A DNA stretch of 64,000 bases from Eledone cirrhosa (lineage: Eukaryota): NCBI GenBank assembly GCA_964016885.1, contig OZ024749.1, forward strand, positions 17,112,001 through 17,176,000. The letters are read 5' to 3'. Made by a program: the position numbers and the translations under genes. Each line of letters opens with the position of its first letter. The first letter of the stretch is position 1. Below, one piece after another: positions 1 to 15,535 of the stretch. The notes beneath the pieces are model-generated. The model saw only the letters and a program-made list of their open reading frames with translations. It was not told the DNA's origin and did no database searches.

Positions 1-946
1 ATATGTATGTATATGTGTATATATGGGTATGTAAGAGTGTGTATGTGTGTTTGCACATATGTATGGTGTGTACATGTATACATATCGTTTTGGTATATGT
101 ACGTTTGGTGAACATATGTGTATTTACTTGTAGGTATGTGTGAGTGTGCGTTCTATACGCATTTATGCGTGTATATTTATATATGTATATATAATTATAT
201 GTATACACACACAAACATATATTTATATGTGTATTTGGTGTATACGTTCGTACGTGTGCGGGTATATGTGTCGCACCGGTTTACGTCCGTGTGCGTGTGT
301 TTATGTGTACGTACATGTATATGCATGCATGGTGTGTGTTTTCGCATATGCACGTGTATAAATGTGTGTATGTATATATTTAATTATTATTACTTTTATA
401 TTTTAGTTCAAATCCCGCCGAGGTTAACTTTGCCTTTCATCCTTACGGGGTCGAAAAAATAAAGTACCAGTAATGTACTGGTAATTGGTGGCCTTGTGCC
501 AAAAGTAGAAACAATTACTTTTATATTTTAATAACCTCTGTCATTTCCGTTCAACTAATTTCTTTACATTACTCTGAACTCCGAAGTCGAGTTGCAAAAA
601 TTCTTGTAGTCAAAACAATTTTGATTGGTCGGTAGAGCAACACGAATTGGCGCGAAACTTATAGTACTCATTCGCGTGACATTCAACAACCAACCAAATC
701 TTAATACCTCTGGAGCCACTTTTTTCACATAAAACAGGTACAATTTCCAAAACTGATCAGTTTGGAGCAAATATCACGGGTGCTCTATCTCAAAATAGTT
801 TTGGAAAAGCATTAGAAATGAGCAACCGGTATAGTCTTAAAACTAAAACTGAATACTAACCAAAACTTATTACTAATTTTTGCTTATCCCTAATTAAACT
901 ATTTTTCACTGGGAACAATTTGTCAGCATTTTCTTTTCCTTTTACT
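1..946. repeat. Interspersed repeat, probably a PLE 3' region
   Basis: 1-590 matches the reverse complement of ~56885-57320; 775-946 matches 22803-22986; the end abuts (TA)n. Confidence 0.5.
406..513 (+). mobile_element. 5'-truncated tRNA-derived SINE with 17-bp target site duplication (TSD)
   Basis: Matches the 3' part of the SINEs at 34787 and 61361; flanked by ATTACTTTTATATTTTA at 389-405 and 514-530. Confidence 0.85.
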
Positions 947-1498
<552 letters not shown>

Positions 1499-1695
1499 GT
1501 AGATAAGTCTACCAAAAGTTTCACGGTAGTGTCCAATCCGTATGAAGAACTCAATGTAATCCGGATATCATGAAAAGAAGAGATGCATTCAAATATCACT
1601 TTCGGTGAAAGATAAACGGAATACAGAGTCAAGATAAAATATTTAAAAAATAATGAATACACAAAGAAACAGTTCCTTATATTAAACAAAAAAAG

Positions 1696-1835
1696 TTCAT
1701 TATTTTACGATCGTTTCTAGGACATATATGTCTTAGAATTGGTATGCATATTCAAAAGATCTATGTACAAAATTATACAAACTATCAAAGAGAATATACA
1801 TACCTTCACATATATATGCTGTCTTCAGAAATAAT
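1696..1835 (-). ncRNA. Type I HHR with long stem II (Naiad family)
   Basis: Minus strand: ATTATTT-CTGAAGA-(~104 nt hairpin)-GAAA-CGATCG-TA-AAATAAT. Confidence 0.7.
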
Positions 1836-1902
1836 TGTTTCTACTTTAGGCACAAGGCCAGCAATTACCCAGTGCATTACTGGTACTTTATTTTATCGAC
1901 CC
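1836..1902 (-). mobile_element. SINE 3' fragment with 10-bp TSD
   Basis: Reverse complement of the SINE 3' end; TSD CAGAAATAAT at 1826-1835 and 1903-1912. Confidence 0.85.
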
Positions 1903-2160
1903 CAGAAATAATGATGCATATTTATTGATAATAACAACAATTCAAAATTACAGGTCTGTTTGGGACCAGAATTTAAATAGACCAATGAAATACATAAAAA
2001 TTTATCAAGAAAATACAGTTAGGTGTGTGTATACATGTATGTAAATCCGTTCACAGATGTGCATAAAAATGTATGTTCATATGTATACGTATGTTGAAAA
2101 AGTGTATGTAAATATAAAAATTTAGGGCTAATGTATCTGTATGTCTACCATCTACAGACA

Positions 2161-2223
<63 letters not shown>

Positions 2224-2790
2224 TATAGATACATGCATACATATACATATATATATATATATATACATATACACACATATATATATATATACACACACAT
2301 ACACACACACATACATATATATTATTATTATAACTATATGGATATTGAGGCGCTCACATAAACACGCCCACACACACTTACATTTAGATGCAGAAGTAAA
2401 GGAGGTAAGGGAGTAAGTAATTAAATGAAAGTGTCAATCTCGACATACTTATAAAAATGTATCCATAAAGTTAGAAATAAAAAAAAATTAGAAATATTAA
2501 AAAATTGTTTATAGAAGGAAAAAACTCAAAAAAAGGGGGAACAAAAAATTATTACATACACAGACGCGAATGTCTTACAAAAGAAATATAAAAAAACATA
2601 AAAAAACATAAAAGAGAGACATAAAATATACATGCTTATATACATACGCACATTTACACATCCATACGTTCGATACATACATACGTACACACACACACAT
2701 ACACATACTTAACCTCACGCATATTAACCTGTTTGTATGTATACACATAAAAATAAGTAAAACATATACCCATACATATAAATACACACC

Positions 2791-2912
<122 letters not shown>

Positions 2913-3101
2913 CACACACATACCCATGTATATATACACAACCACACATATACACACACTCAGACATACATATATATAGAGGCATACATACACATATATA
3001 TATATATATATATATAAATACACACAGTCAGACACATATGCACACACATACACATACATACACACATCTCTACAAATACATATACATATACATACATACA
3101 C

Positions 3102-3134
<33 letters not shown>

Positions 3135-3478
3135 CACTCATACACACACATTTACATGCGCACATATGTATTTTTATACTCACATACAAACACACAAACA
3201 TACATACACACTTACATACACATACATACATCCACGCTTACAAATACAAATAATTATTGGGGGGGGGGGGATTAAAATTATTAGTGGGAAATAGTAAATA
3301 TATAGGTTTCAAGGAACATAGAATATTAATCTGCAGTTAAATCATTATATGTGTTTACATAGTACACATATATATATACATGCGCACATATATATTTTTA
3401 TACACACATACAAACACACAAACATACATACACACTTACATACACATCCATACATCCACGCTTACAAATACAAATAAA

Positions 3479-5413
3479 TTAACTGAACCTTTGGCATTGA
3501 AAAGACCACACTTCAACCTGAAAGATCATAAATCAAACTTTAACTCAAATCCTTCTATAAGACTTATATGTCCCTCCAAATCAGATATTGGAATAATTAG
3601 CAAAAAGATTTTGGATAGAGTCATCCCACAAATAAGAAAACATGTTAATTTACCACTCTGGGAAAACACTTCCCAGGTAATTAACTGGTTTAATAATATT
3701 AGATGTAAATCTTCTGCTTCATTTCTACAATTTGATATAGATAATTACTATTCTTCTATATCACCTATACTCCTGAACAAAGCTTTGATATTTGCTAAAA
3801 ATAGATCTAACTTAACTTTGGATGACATTAATATTATTACACATGCTAGACTAACACTTATTGAATTTCAGAATGAATACTGGACCAGAAACACATATAG
3901 TAATATATTTGATATTACTATGGGTTCAAGCGATTCTGCCCAAATTACTGATCTTGTGGGCCTCTTTCTTCTTTTTAACATAAATGCTTCCTTTCCCCAC
4001 CTTAAAGGTGGTTTATATCGTGATGACTGTCTTCTTCTTTCCAACAACCTTAGCCTCTCAGGAATAGAAAAAAACAAAAAGCTTATTAGAACTTTCCTTA
4101 AAGACTATTATAGTCTTGATATTACTTTTGAAAACACAAGTAAAGTAGTTAATTTCCTAGATATAACTTTAGACTTGGCTACGGGTATCTACCAACCTTA
4201 CCATAAACCCAACCAAAACTTACACTACATACACTCACAATCTAATCACCCTAAATCTATCCTTAAAAACCTTGCATATAATATATCACTTAGCATTTCT
4301 AACCTTTCGTCTAACCAAGACTTCTATAACGAAGCTCTAGATAGAAGTGGCCACAAAAATAGATTGGAATATATACCTTCTACTAATAACACTATAAACA
4401 TACAACCTAATATTACCAACAAACACCAAATGAAAAGTACACACCTAAATGCCACTCACACTATACCCCAAAATACCAACATAAAACCAAATTTCTCTAA
4501 CTCCTCTAATATAAAGTATAGTAACTCTCAAAAAACTACTCATCATACAACTCTAATAAATGTTAATAATAAAACTCCTAATAAACAAGCTAAAAGACCT
4601 AAATCAATAAATCTAACTAAAAATGTGCGTGGTGAGGTCATTAACATTAATCCTCCTAGTAAACATCAGGATGCATCGTATAAAAACAATAAACAACATA
4701 GAAACCGTAATAGACGAGTTACTTGGTATAATGCTCCATTTAATTTACAAATTAAGGATAATATACCTGAAAAAAATTTTAATATCCTAGAGAAAAACTT
4801 CCCGCCAAAACACAAATACCATCAAATCTTAAATAGATCAACAGTTAAATTCTCATACTCAACAACCAAAAACATAAAACAAAATATAAGTGCCTATAAT
4901 GCATATAAATGTAAAAAAACCATAAGTATACCACCAATACATCAAACTAACCATAATATCTCCTCAAATACAGAATTAACGAAAGGTTGTAACTGTAGAA
5001 ACAAGGCAAACTGCCCATTAAAAGGAAATTGTCTTGTTAACAACATAGTTTATAAATGTAAAGTTAAAACTAAAGATTCTATTTGCTCATATATAGGAGC
5101 TACTTCTAACAATTTTAAGGTAAGGTTTAATACCCACAAACATAGTTTTAAAAATGCCGCACTGGCTAATACAACATCTCTAGCAGAAAAAATTAATAGT
5201 TATAGAAATAAGAATATAGAATATGATATGACCTGGAGTGTGCTCAAAAGAGCCACCCCTTATCAAAATAATAGAAATGAATGTAGATTGTGTTCCCAAG
5301 AACTATTTGAAATAATGAAATCTAAGGATATCCTATTAAATAAGCGACAAGAATTAATTATATCGTGTAATCATAAACTGAGAAAAACATTTAAATATTA
5401 TAAACCTAATTAA
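3479..5413 (+). CDS. Naiad PLE reverse transcriptase + GIY-YIG endonuclease (5'-truncated; the first ~33 aa of the predicted ORF derive from the inverted UTR)
   Basis: Motifs LKDHKSNF..RLICPSKSDIG, QFDIDNYYSSI, MGSSDSAQITDLVG, GLYRDD, CNCRNKANCPLKGNC, IVYKC..YIGAT..FKVRFNTH, CRLC..CNH. Confidence 0.9.
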   Translation, partial: LTEPLALKRPHFNLKDHKSNFNSNPSIRLICPSKSDIGIISKKILDRVIPQIRKHVNLPLWENTSQVINWFNNIRCKSSASFLQFDIDNYYSSISPILLNKALIFAKNRSNLTLDDINIITHARLTLIEFQNEYWTRNTYSNIFDITMGSSDSAQITDLVGLFLLFNINASFPHLKGGLYRDDCLLLSNNLSLSGIEKNKKLIRTFLKDYYSLDITFENTSKVVNFLDITLDLATGIYQPYHKPNQNLHYIHSQSNHPKSILKNLAYNISLSISNLSSNQDFYNEALDRSGHKNRLEYIPSTNNTINIQPNITNKHQMKSTHLNATHTIPQNTNIKPNFSNSSNIKYSNSQKTTHHTTLINVNNKTPNKQAKRPKSINLTKNVRGEVININPPSKHQDASYKNNKQHRNRNRRVTWYNAPFNLQIKDNIPEKNFNILEKNFPPKHKYHQILNRSTVKFSYSTTKNIKQNISAYNAYKCKKTISIPPIHQTNHNISSNTELTKGCNCRNKANCPLKGNCLVNNIVYKCKVKTKDSICSYIGATSNNFKVRFNTHKHSFKNAALANTTSLAEKINSYRNKNIEYDMTWSVLKRATPYQNNRNECRLCSQELFEIMKSKDILLNKRQELIISCNHKLRKTFKYYKPN

Positions 5414-6330
5414 TAATATATATTTTAGAAATTAATATATAAATTAATTTTAATGTAGTTAACCTATAATTTTAATTTAATTAAAATTCTACTACAGATG
5501 AAATTAAAAAATATCGTATAATCATAAACTGTGAAAAACATTTAAATATTATTAACATAATTAATATATACTTTGGAAATTAATATATAGATTAATTTTA
5601 GTTTATTTAACCTATTATTAAAATTCTTTTACAGATGAAATACAACAAAATATCGTGTAATTAATAACGGAGAAATACTTTTTAATATTATAAACCTAAT
5701 TAATATACAATTTAGAAATTAATATATAAATTAATTTTAATTTAGTTAACCTATAATTTTAATTTAGTTAGCTTATAATTAAAATTCTAATACAGATGGA
5801 TTGCAGAATATCGTGTAATCATAAACTGAGAAAAACTTTTAAATATATACCTAATTAATATACACTTTACAAATTAATATATAGTTTAATTTTAATTTAG
5901 TTAACCTATAATTAAAATTCTACTATAGATAAAATACAAAATTTTGCTTTAATTATTATAAACCTAATTAACATATACTATAGAAATTAATATATAATTT
6001 TTAATTTAGTTAACCTATAATTAATATTCTACTACCGATGAAATGCTTAATTTGGCTTTCCCTATTACAAAATTCCTTTCCTAAAATTGATACCATCATG
6101 TTAATATATGTAATTATTTTTAATTTAGTTATGCTATAATTAATACTCTACTACTGTTTAACTTCAAAATTCCGCTTTAAATATTATAAACCTAAGTAGT
6201 ATACACCTTAGAAATTAATATATTAACTATTTTATTTTAGTTAACCTATAATTAATATTCTACTTATATTAAAATACATAATTTAGCCTTCTTTCTTACA
6301 AATACCATTTCCTAAAACTGATACAACTAT
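5360..6330 (+). repeat. Degenerate tandem repeat (~100-150 nt units) derived from the ORF end
   Basis: Recurrent ATCGTGTAATCATAAACTG, TATAAACCTAATTAA and AGTTAACCTATAATT..ATTCTACTACAGATG blocks. Confidence 0.75.
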
Positions 6331-6786
6331 GTAAACACATATAATGATTTAACTGCAGATTAATATTCTATGTTCCTTGAAACCTATATATTTACTATTT
6401 CCCACTAATAATTTTAACCCCCCCCCCCCCAATAATTATTTGTATTTGTAAGCGTGGATGTATGGATGTGTATGTAAGTGTGTATGTATGGTTGTGTGTG
6501 TGTATGTGTGTATAAAAATATATATGTGCGCATGTATATATATATGTGTACTATGTAAACACATAATGATTTAACTGCAGATTAATATTCTATGTTCCTT
6601 GAAACCTATATATTTACTATTTCCCACTAATAATTTTAATCCCCCTTTCCTCCCCCCCCCCCCCCAATAATTATTTGTATTTGTAAGCGTGGATGTATGT
6701 ATGTGTATGTAAGTGTGTATGTATGTTTGTGTGTTTGTATGTGAGTATAAAAATACATATGTGCGCATGTAAATGTGTGTGTATGA

Positions 6787-6884
<98 letters not shown>

Positions 6885-7025
6885 ATGTATGTCTCTATAT
6901 ATATGTATGTCTGAGTGTGTGTATATGTGTGGTTGTGTATATATACATGGGTATGTGTGTGTATATGTATACAGCCGGATGGCTGAAACAGGTAAAAGAG
7001 TAAAAGAGTAATATATATATATATA

Positions 7026-7092
<67 letters not shown>

Positions 7093-7678
7093 CGGTGTGT
7101 ATTTATATGTATGGGTATATGTTTTACTTATTTTTATGTGTATGCATACAAACAGGTTAATATGCGTGAGGTTAAGTATGTGTATGTGTGTGTGTGTACG
7201 TATGTATGTATCGAACGTATGGATGTGTAAATGTCCGTATGTATATAAGCATGTATATTTTATGTCTCTCTTTTATGTTTTTTATGTTTTTTTATATTTC
7301 TTTTGTGAGACATTCGCGTCTGTGTATGTACGTACCCCCCCCCCCCTCCCTAATAATTTTTTTGTTCCCTCTTTTTTTGAGTTTTTTCCTTCTATAAACA
7401 ATTTTTTTATATTTCTAATTTTTTTTTATTTCTAACTTTATGGATACATTTTTATAAGTATGTCGAGATTGACACTTTCATTTAATTACTTACTCCCTTA
7501 CCTCCTTTACTTCGGCATCTAAATGTAAGTGTGTGTGGGCGTGTTTATGTGAGCGCCTCAATATCCATATAGTTATAATAATAATATATATGTGTGTGTG
7601 TATGTGTGTGTATATATATATATATATATGTGTATATGTATATATATATATATATGTATGTGTATGCATGTATCTATA

Positions 7679-7735
<57 letters not shown>

Positions 7736-7983
7736 TGTCTGTAGATGGTAGACATACAGATACATTAGCCTTAAATTTTTATATTTACATACACTTTTTC
7801 AACATACGTATACATATGAACATACATTTTTATGCACATCTGTGAACGGATTTACATACATGTATACACACACCTAACTGTATTTTCTTGATCAATTTTT
7901 ATGTATTTCATTGGTCTATTTAAAATCTGTTCCCAAACAGACCTGTAATTTTGAATTGTTGTTATTATCAATAAATATGCATC

Positions 7984-8123
7984 CTTATTTCTGAAGACAG
8001 CATATATATGTGAAGGTATGTATATTCTCTTTGATAGTTTGTATAATTTTGTACATAGATCTTTTGAATATGCATACCAATTCTAACACATATATCTCCT
8101 AGAAACGATCGTAAAATAATGAA
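7984..8123 (+). ncRNA. Type I HHR with long stem II
   Basis: TTATTT, CTGAAGA (7991-7997), 104 nt, GAAA (8102-8105), CGATCG TA AAATAA. Confidence 0.7.
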
Positions 8124-8153
8124 CTGTTTCTTTGTTTATTCATTATTTTTTTA

Positions 8154-8319
<166 letters not shown>

Positions 8320-8406
8320 TATATATGTATATATAAATAGCTTAGAGTTTAGACTCAGAGAGGTCATTTGCAATCATTTCAGCTCTAGGAATCGCTTCTG
8401 AGCAGT

Positions 8407-8639
8407 ATAAATTAATATTTGATGAACATTTACATGTTATAGTTGAAAATAATAAATCAATACTCACAGACTCATATGGGCAAAAGGCTTTTTGCCAATA
8501 TGAGTCTGTGAGTATTGATTTATTATTTTCTAGATCGTACAGGCAGACCTTTTGTTGTTGAATTAAGATTTTTCACTCTCGCGATCTTATTAGTCAATTG
8601 CAACTATAACATGTAAATGTTCATCAAATATTAATTTAT
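8407..8639. repeat. Nested inverted repeat (fold-back insert)
   Basis: Outer arms ~8407-8445 and ~8602-8639; inner arms ~8445-8487 and ~8488-8530. Confidence 0.8.
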
Positions 8640-8759
8640 GTATATATATATATATATATATATACTTCTTCCTCTTTCTCTGTATATATACCCTCTCTAA
8701 CAGTCAGTCTCTCTGTTAGCCTCTTCCTCACCCTTCACTCACTCACTCTCTGTTACTAC

Positions 8760-9207
8760 CTCTCCCCCTCCGCCTTCTTCCCGTTTGACCTGTGCGTAAT
8801 TCTTTTCTTTCGCACCCTTGGTCAGGCAGATTCCCTTTTTTTCTCTCTCTCGTCCACGATTTCACAGAACTTATGTTTACCGAATTCACAGACTAGATTC
8901 CTTCTTCCTCCCGTTAGACCTGTACGGAATTCCTTCCTTGCTCACATTCCAACCAGGTTTGATGTTTTTATTCTCTCTCGTTCACGATTTCACCGAACTT
9001 ATATTCATGGAAATTTGGGGCTTGACTCCTCACTTTTCGTTGCTTCACCATCTCTGTTTGTTTACACTCTCATGTCCCCTTTATTTACGTGTCCCAACGA
9101 CTTTTTTTAGCCGTTGCTCGCACCAACCGGAGGTATATGGTCTTTAAAGCGATGGATGAAATAACAATGATGGTTGGAAGATCACTGATGAAGGACTAAC
9201 TTTATTC
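8760..9207 (+). repeat. Interspersed repeat with a truncated HHR-like start (GATCA-CTGATGA-AGGAC)
   Basis: A diverged inverted copy lies at ~51020-51455. Confidence 0.6.
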
Positions 9208-9319
<112 letters not shown>

Positions 9320-9348
9320 GTATATATATATGTATATATATATATATG

Positions 9349-9429
<81 letters not shown>

Positions 9430-9456
9430 GTATATATATATATGTATATATATGTA

Positions 9457-9557
<101 letters not shown>

Positions 9558-9601
9558 ATATACATAAATATATATATACATATATATATATATACATATA
9601 C

Positions 9602-9650
<49 letters not shown>

Positions 9651-9695
9651 TAAACAAATAATGAATAAACAATTCCTTATATTAAACAAAAAAAG

Positions 9696-9850
9696 TTCAT
9701 TATTTAACGATCGTTTCTAGGATATATATGTGTTATAATTGGTATGCATATTCAACAGATCTATGTACAAAATTATACAAAATTATACAAATTATCAAGA
9801 TTAAATATACATACCAAACACATATATACGCCGTCTTCAGAAATAATGAA
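9696..9850 (-). ncRNA. Type I HHR with long stem II
   Basis: Mirror of 19036-19190. Confidence 0.72.
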
Positions 9851-10667
9851 GTATATTTATTGATAATAACAACAATTCAAAATTTCAGTTCAAAATTGAC
9901 CAATGAAAACACAAAGGGTTAAATGCAGTTCGGTGTGTGTATATACATGTAAAACCCTTACACATATTTTACAAAAATGTATGTATAATTTGTATACGCA
10001 TACTAAAAGGATGGATGCAAATACAAAATTTCAAGGTTAATATCTCTGTAAGCTTACAATGCGCAGATAGGATGCGCATTGATACTTATGGAGTCAAGTA
10101 TATAAATATATTTTTTCATACTCACACATATCAGTACAATCACACATACACGCGCGTATATGCATAAATATACACATAACCACGAACATACAAACACACA
10201 CACACCCCCACTCACATTTATATATGTGGATATAAAATCATAAGCACATGGATATTAATTCACTCACATAAAACACTGGCACACACATTTTTTATATCAA
10301 GATACAGAAATTAGGTAGGAGGGGGGGGAGGGGTCAGTATTCAACTGTATGAGACGACTGCCTAATATAAATGTATCTATAAATTAAGAAAAATAAAAAA
10401 ATAAAACAATAAAATATAATAAATATAATATAATATACATACACATACAGATATATACACATACATACATGTACGCACACATAGAAATATTTACGCATAC
10501 ACACATACACACATACATATACAGTCATACACACACATACACTTACACGAACATACACATACACATATATAAAGATATATATATACACACACACACACAC
10601 GCAACACATACACACATACATATATATATAAAAAAATAATAATAAAGATATATACCTACATATATAT

Positions 10668-10708
<41 letters not shown>

Positions 10709-10787
10709 CATACACATACATCTAAATATACATACACATACATACACACATACATGTACATACATGTACATACATATACGCACATCG

Positions 10788-10830
<43 letters not shown>

Positions 10831-11103
10831 TAGACATATAGATACATACACACACAACATACATACACACATATATATATAGATGTATATTCATACATAG
10901 AATTAGATATATAATCATACATACATATGCACTTACTTATACTCATATATACAAATACATACGCATCCATATATGCGTATATACATAAAAAACACTACAA
11001 CCTTACCTAACTCAGACATACAAATAAAAATAATAATAAAAAGGCATATGTATATACATACACACACGCATTAATAGAGATATATATATATACACACATA
11101 CAT

Positions 11104-11172
<69 letters not shown>

Positions 11173-11259
11173 TACACTCATACATATATATATATATATA
11201 TATATACACATAGATATCCACACACTCATACCACCATAAATACACATACAAACACCCAC

Positions 11260-11325
<66 letters not shown>

Positions 11326-11460
11326 GCATAAATAACAGAAATGCACATATATATATATATTTTTTTACACTTATATATACACATATTATATACACATACA
11401 CAACCTCACTTATACACACATACACATAAGTTATATTATAATAATAAAGAATAATATACA

Positions 11461-11502
<42 letters not shown>

Positions 11503-11592
11503 CATACATACATACATATACATACATACATATAAACATATACATACATAAATACACACATACGAATAAAGACATATATTCACACATAGACA

Positions 11593-11694
<102 letters not shown>

Positions 11695-13383
11695 CACACA
11701 TACATATACACAGACACATATACACACTCACATATATATATGTGTGTGTGCGCACATACACATATATACACACACACACACAAATACACATAAACACATA
11801 CATATGCATACGTGCACACACACACATATATATCACATAGATACGAAGATAAACATATAAATAGAGAGACATACATATATATACAACACACATACACACA
11901 CATACATACACACGCATATACATATACATATATATATACATACATATATTCCTACATATACATGCATACACATATATACACATATATACACATACATACA
12001 CATATACGTACACACATTCACATACACATACATATATAATGCATATATACACATATATACATACATATACACACTCATATATACACACGCAATCTTACAT
12101 TCATATTTGCATGCGCATATATGTATTTTTATATTTAGATATAAATACCCAAACCTATATAGACACCTACCTACATATATATTCATACATAGACGCTTAC
12201 AAATATAGATGATAATAGTATGGGGGAAAGGGGGGGTTTGGAGAAGGGGATCAAAGTAAATATATGTTTCAAGAAACATAGAATATTTTCCATATCTTTA
12301 TCCAATGTATGTTCTTACATATTTTCAGTGCTAGGAAATACGACAAACAAGAACTAAGGCAAAATCTATGCATCTCAAAATAAATAAGTATACCATTAAT
12401 CATATGTTAACTAAACAAAAGATAGTCAACATATTGATTTCTAAGGTGTAAATTAGTTAGGTTTATAATATTTGAAGCAGAATTTTGAAGTCAAACAGTA
12501 GTAGATTATTAATTACAGTATAACTAAATTAAAGTTAATAACGTTATGGTATCAATATTAGGAAATGAATTTAGTAATAGGGAAAAAAAGCCAAATAAAA
12601 ATAAAATAAAGTATTACATCGGTAGTAGAATATAAACTATATGTTAACTAAATTAAAAATTATATATTTATTTCAATAGTATATGTTAATTAGGTATACA
12701 ATACATAAAGCAGATACTGTATTTCATCAATAGCATAATATAATTATATGCAAATAGAAATCAAAATTAATACGCATACATATACATATACATACACATA
12801 CACATATACATACATATACACATATATATATATATATATATATACATATATACACATATATACATACATGCAGATACACATACACACACACACATACACA
12901 TACACATATACATATACATATCTTTTTCAAAAAATTGCATAGAATATATTAACTAGGTATATATCCAAAACACATCCCATTCTATGATTACATGACATTC
13001 TGCAATTCGTCTGTATAAGGATACTAATTTTAAGCAAATTAAAATTAAAATTTTTAGGTTGATTAAAACTAAAACCAAATAATAAATATATTTCTAAAAT
13101 GTATATTAATTAGGTCTATAATACTAAAAATTATTTCTCTGTCATTGGATACACGATATTATTTTGTTATATTTTATCTGTAAAAGAGTTATAATAAAAG
13201 GTTTAAATAAATTAAAATTAATCTATAAATTAAATTACTAAGTATATATTAGTAATATTTAAAGGTTTTTCACAATTTATGATTACATAATATTTTATAT
13301 TCTCATCTGTAATAAAATATTAATTAAATTAAATTTATAGGTTAACTAACATTTAAATTAAATTAATTTCTAAAATAATGTTA

Positions 13384-14459
13384 TTAATTAGGTTTATAAT
13401 ATTTAAATGTTTTTTTTAGTTTATGATTACACGATATAATTAATTCCTGTCGTTTATTTAATAAGATATCCTTAGACTTCATTATTTCAAATAGTTCTTG
13501 GGAACATAATTTACATTCATTTCTATTATTTTGATAAGGGGTGGCTCTTTTGAGCACACTCCAGGTCAAATCATATTTTATATTCTTATTTTTATAACTA
13601 TTGATTTTTTCTGCTAGAGATGTTGTATTAGCCAGTGCGGCATTTTTAAAACTATGCTTGTGGGTATTAAACCTTGTCTTAAAATTGTTAGAGGTAGCTC
13701 CTATATATGAGCAAATAGAATCTTTAGTTTTAACATTACATTTATAGACTATGTTGTTAACAAGACAATTCCCTTTTAATGGGCAGTTTGCTTTGTTTCT
13801 ACAGTTACATCCTTTCGTTAATTCTGTATTTGAGGAGATATTATGGTTAATTTGATGTACTGGTGGTATACTTATGGTTTTCTTACATTTATATGCATTA
13901 TATGCACTTATATTTTGTTTTATGTTATTTGTTGTAGAGTATGAGAATTTAACTGTAGACCTATTTAAGATTTGATGGTATTTGTGGTTTGGCGGGAAGT
14001 TTTTCTCAAGGATATAAAAAAATTTTTTAGCAATATTATCCTTAACTTGTAAATTAAAAGGAGCATTATACCAAGTAACCCGTCTATTACGGTTTCTATG
14101 TTGTTTATTATTTTTATTATTTTTATAGGTTGTATCGTGATTTTTACTAGGAGGATTAATGTTAATGATCTCACCACAACTATTTTTAGTTATATTTGTA
14201 GATTTAGGTGTTTTATCTTTTTTATTTGGAGTTTTATTATTAATATTTATTATAGTTGTATGATGAGTAGTTTTTTGAGGGTTACTATACTTTATATTAG
14301 AAGATTTAGTATTTTGGGGTATAGTGTGGGTGGCATTTAGGTGTGTACTTTTCATTTGGTGTTTGTTGGTAATATTATGTTGTATGCTTTCAGTATTTTT
14401 AGTAGAAGGTATATACTCTAATCTATTTTTGTGGCCACTTCTATCTAGAGCTTCGTTAT
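13384..14459 (-). pseudogene. Naiad linker + GIY-YIG C-terminal fragment (left arm)
   Basis: YNEALDRSG...CNCRNKANCPL...YIGAT...YYKPN, close to the 3479 ORF. Confidence 0.9.
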
Positions 14460-15535
14460 ATAACGAAGCTCTAGATAGAAGTGGCCACAAAAATAGATTA
14501 GAGTATATACCTTCTACTAAAAATACTGAAAGCATACAACATAATATTACCAACAAACACCAAATGAAAAGTACACACCTAAATGCCACCCACACTATAC
14601 CCCAAAATACTAAATCTTCTAATATAAAGTATAGTAACCCTCAAAAAACTACTCATCATACAACTATAATAAATATTAATAATAAAACTCCAAATAAAAA
14701 AGATAAAACACCTAAATCTACAAATATAACTAAAAATAGTTGTGGTGAGATCATTAACATTAATCCTCCTAGTAAAAATCACGATACAACCTATAAAAAT
14801 AATAAAAATAATAAACAACATAGAAACCGTAATAGACGGGTTACTTGGTAAAATGCTCCTTTTAATTTACAAGTTAAGGATAATATTGCTAAAAAATTTT
14901 TTTATATCCTTGAGAAAAACTTCCCGCCAAACCACAAATACCATCAAATCTTAAATAGGTCTACAGTTAAATTCTCATACTCTACAACAAATAACATAAA
15001 ACAAAATATAAGTGCATATAATGCATATAAATGTAAGAAAACCATAAGTATACCACCAGTACATCAAATTAACCATAATATCTCCTCAAATACAGAATTA
15101 ACGAAAGGATGTAACTGTAGAAACAAAGCAAACTGCCCATTAAAAGGGAATTGTCTTGTTAACAACATAGTCTATAAATGTAATGTTAAAACTAAAGATT
15201 CTATTTGCTCATATATAGGAGCTACCTCTAACAATTTTAAGACAAGGTTTAATACCCACAAGCATAGTTTTAAAAATGCCGCACTGGCTAATACAACATC
15301 TCTAGCAGAAAAAATCAATAGTTATAAAAATAAGAATATAAAATATGATTTGACCTGGAGTGTGCTCAAAAGAGCCACCCCTTATCAAAATAATAGAAAT
15401 GAATGTAGATTATGTTCCCAAGAACTATTTGAAATAATGAAGTCTAAGGATATCTTATTAAATAAACGACAGGAATTAATTATATCGTGTAATCATAAAC
15501 TAAAAAAAACATTTAAATATTATAAACCTAATTAA
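14460..15535 (+). pseudogene. Naiad linker + GIY-YIG C-terminal fragment (right arm, premature TAA at 14849-14851)
   Basis: Mirror of the left arm with a TAT>TAA change. Confidence 0.9.

Noticed and set aside
585-675. Possible long-stem-II HHR ending GAAAC-TTATA-GTA-CTC
   Set aside because: No CUGANGA core is present; at best decayed.
3479-5413. Selenocysteine-recoded Naiad (known for some Naiads)
   Set aside because: No in-frame TGA in this ORF, and I could not identify a convincing SECIS; the missing N-terminus cannot be assessed.
14324-14595. Hydrophobic N-terminus of the 403-aa and 175-aa ORFs
   Set aside because: It is antisense read-through across the palindrome centre.
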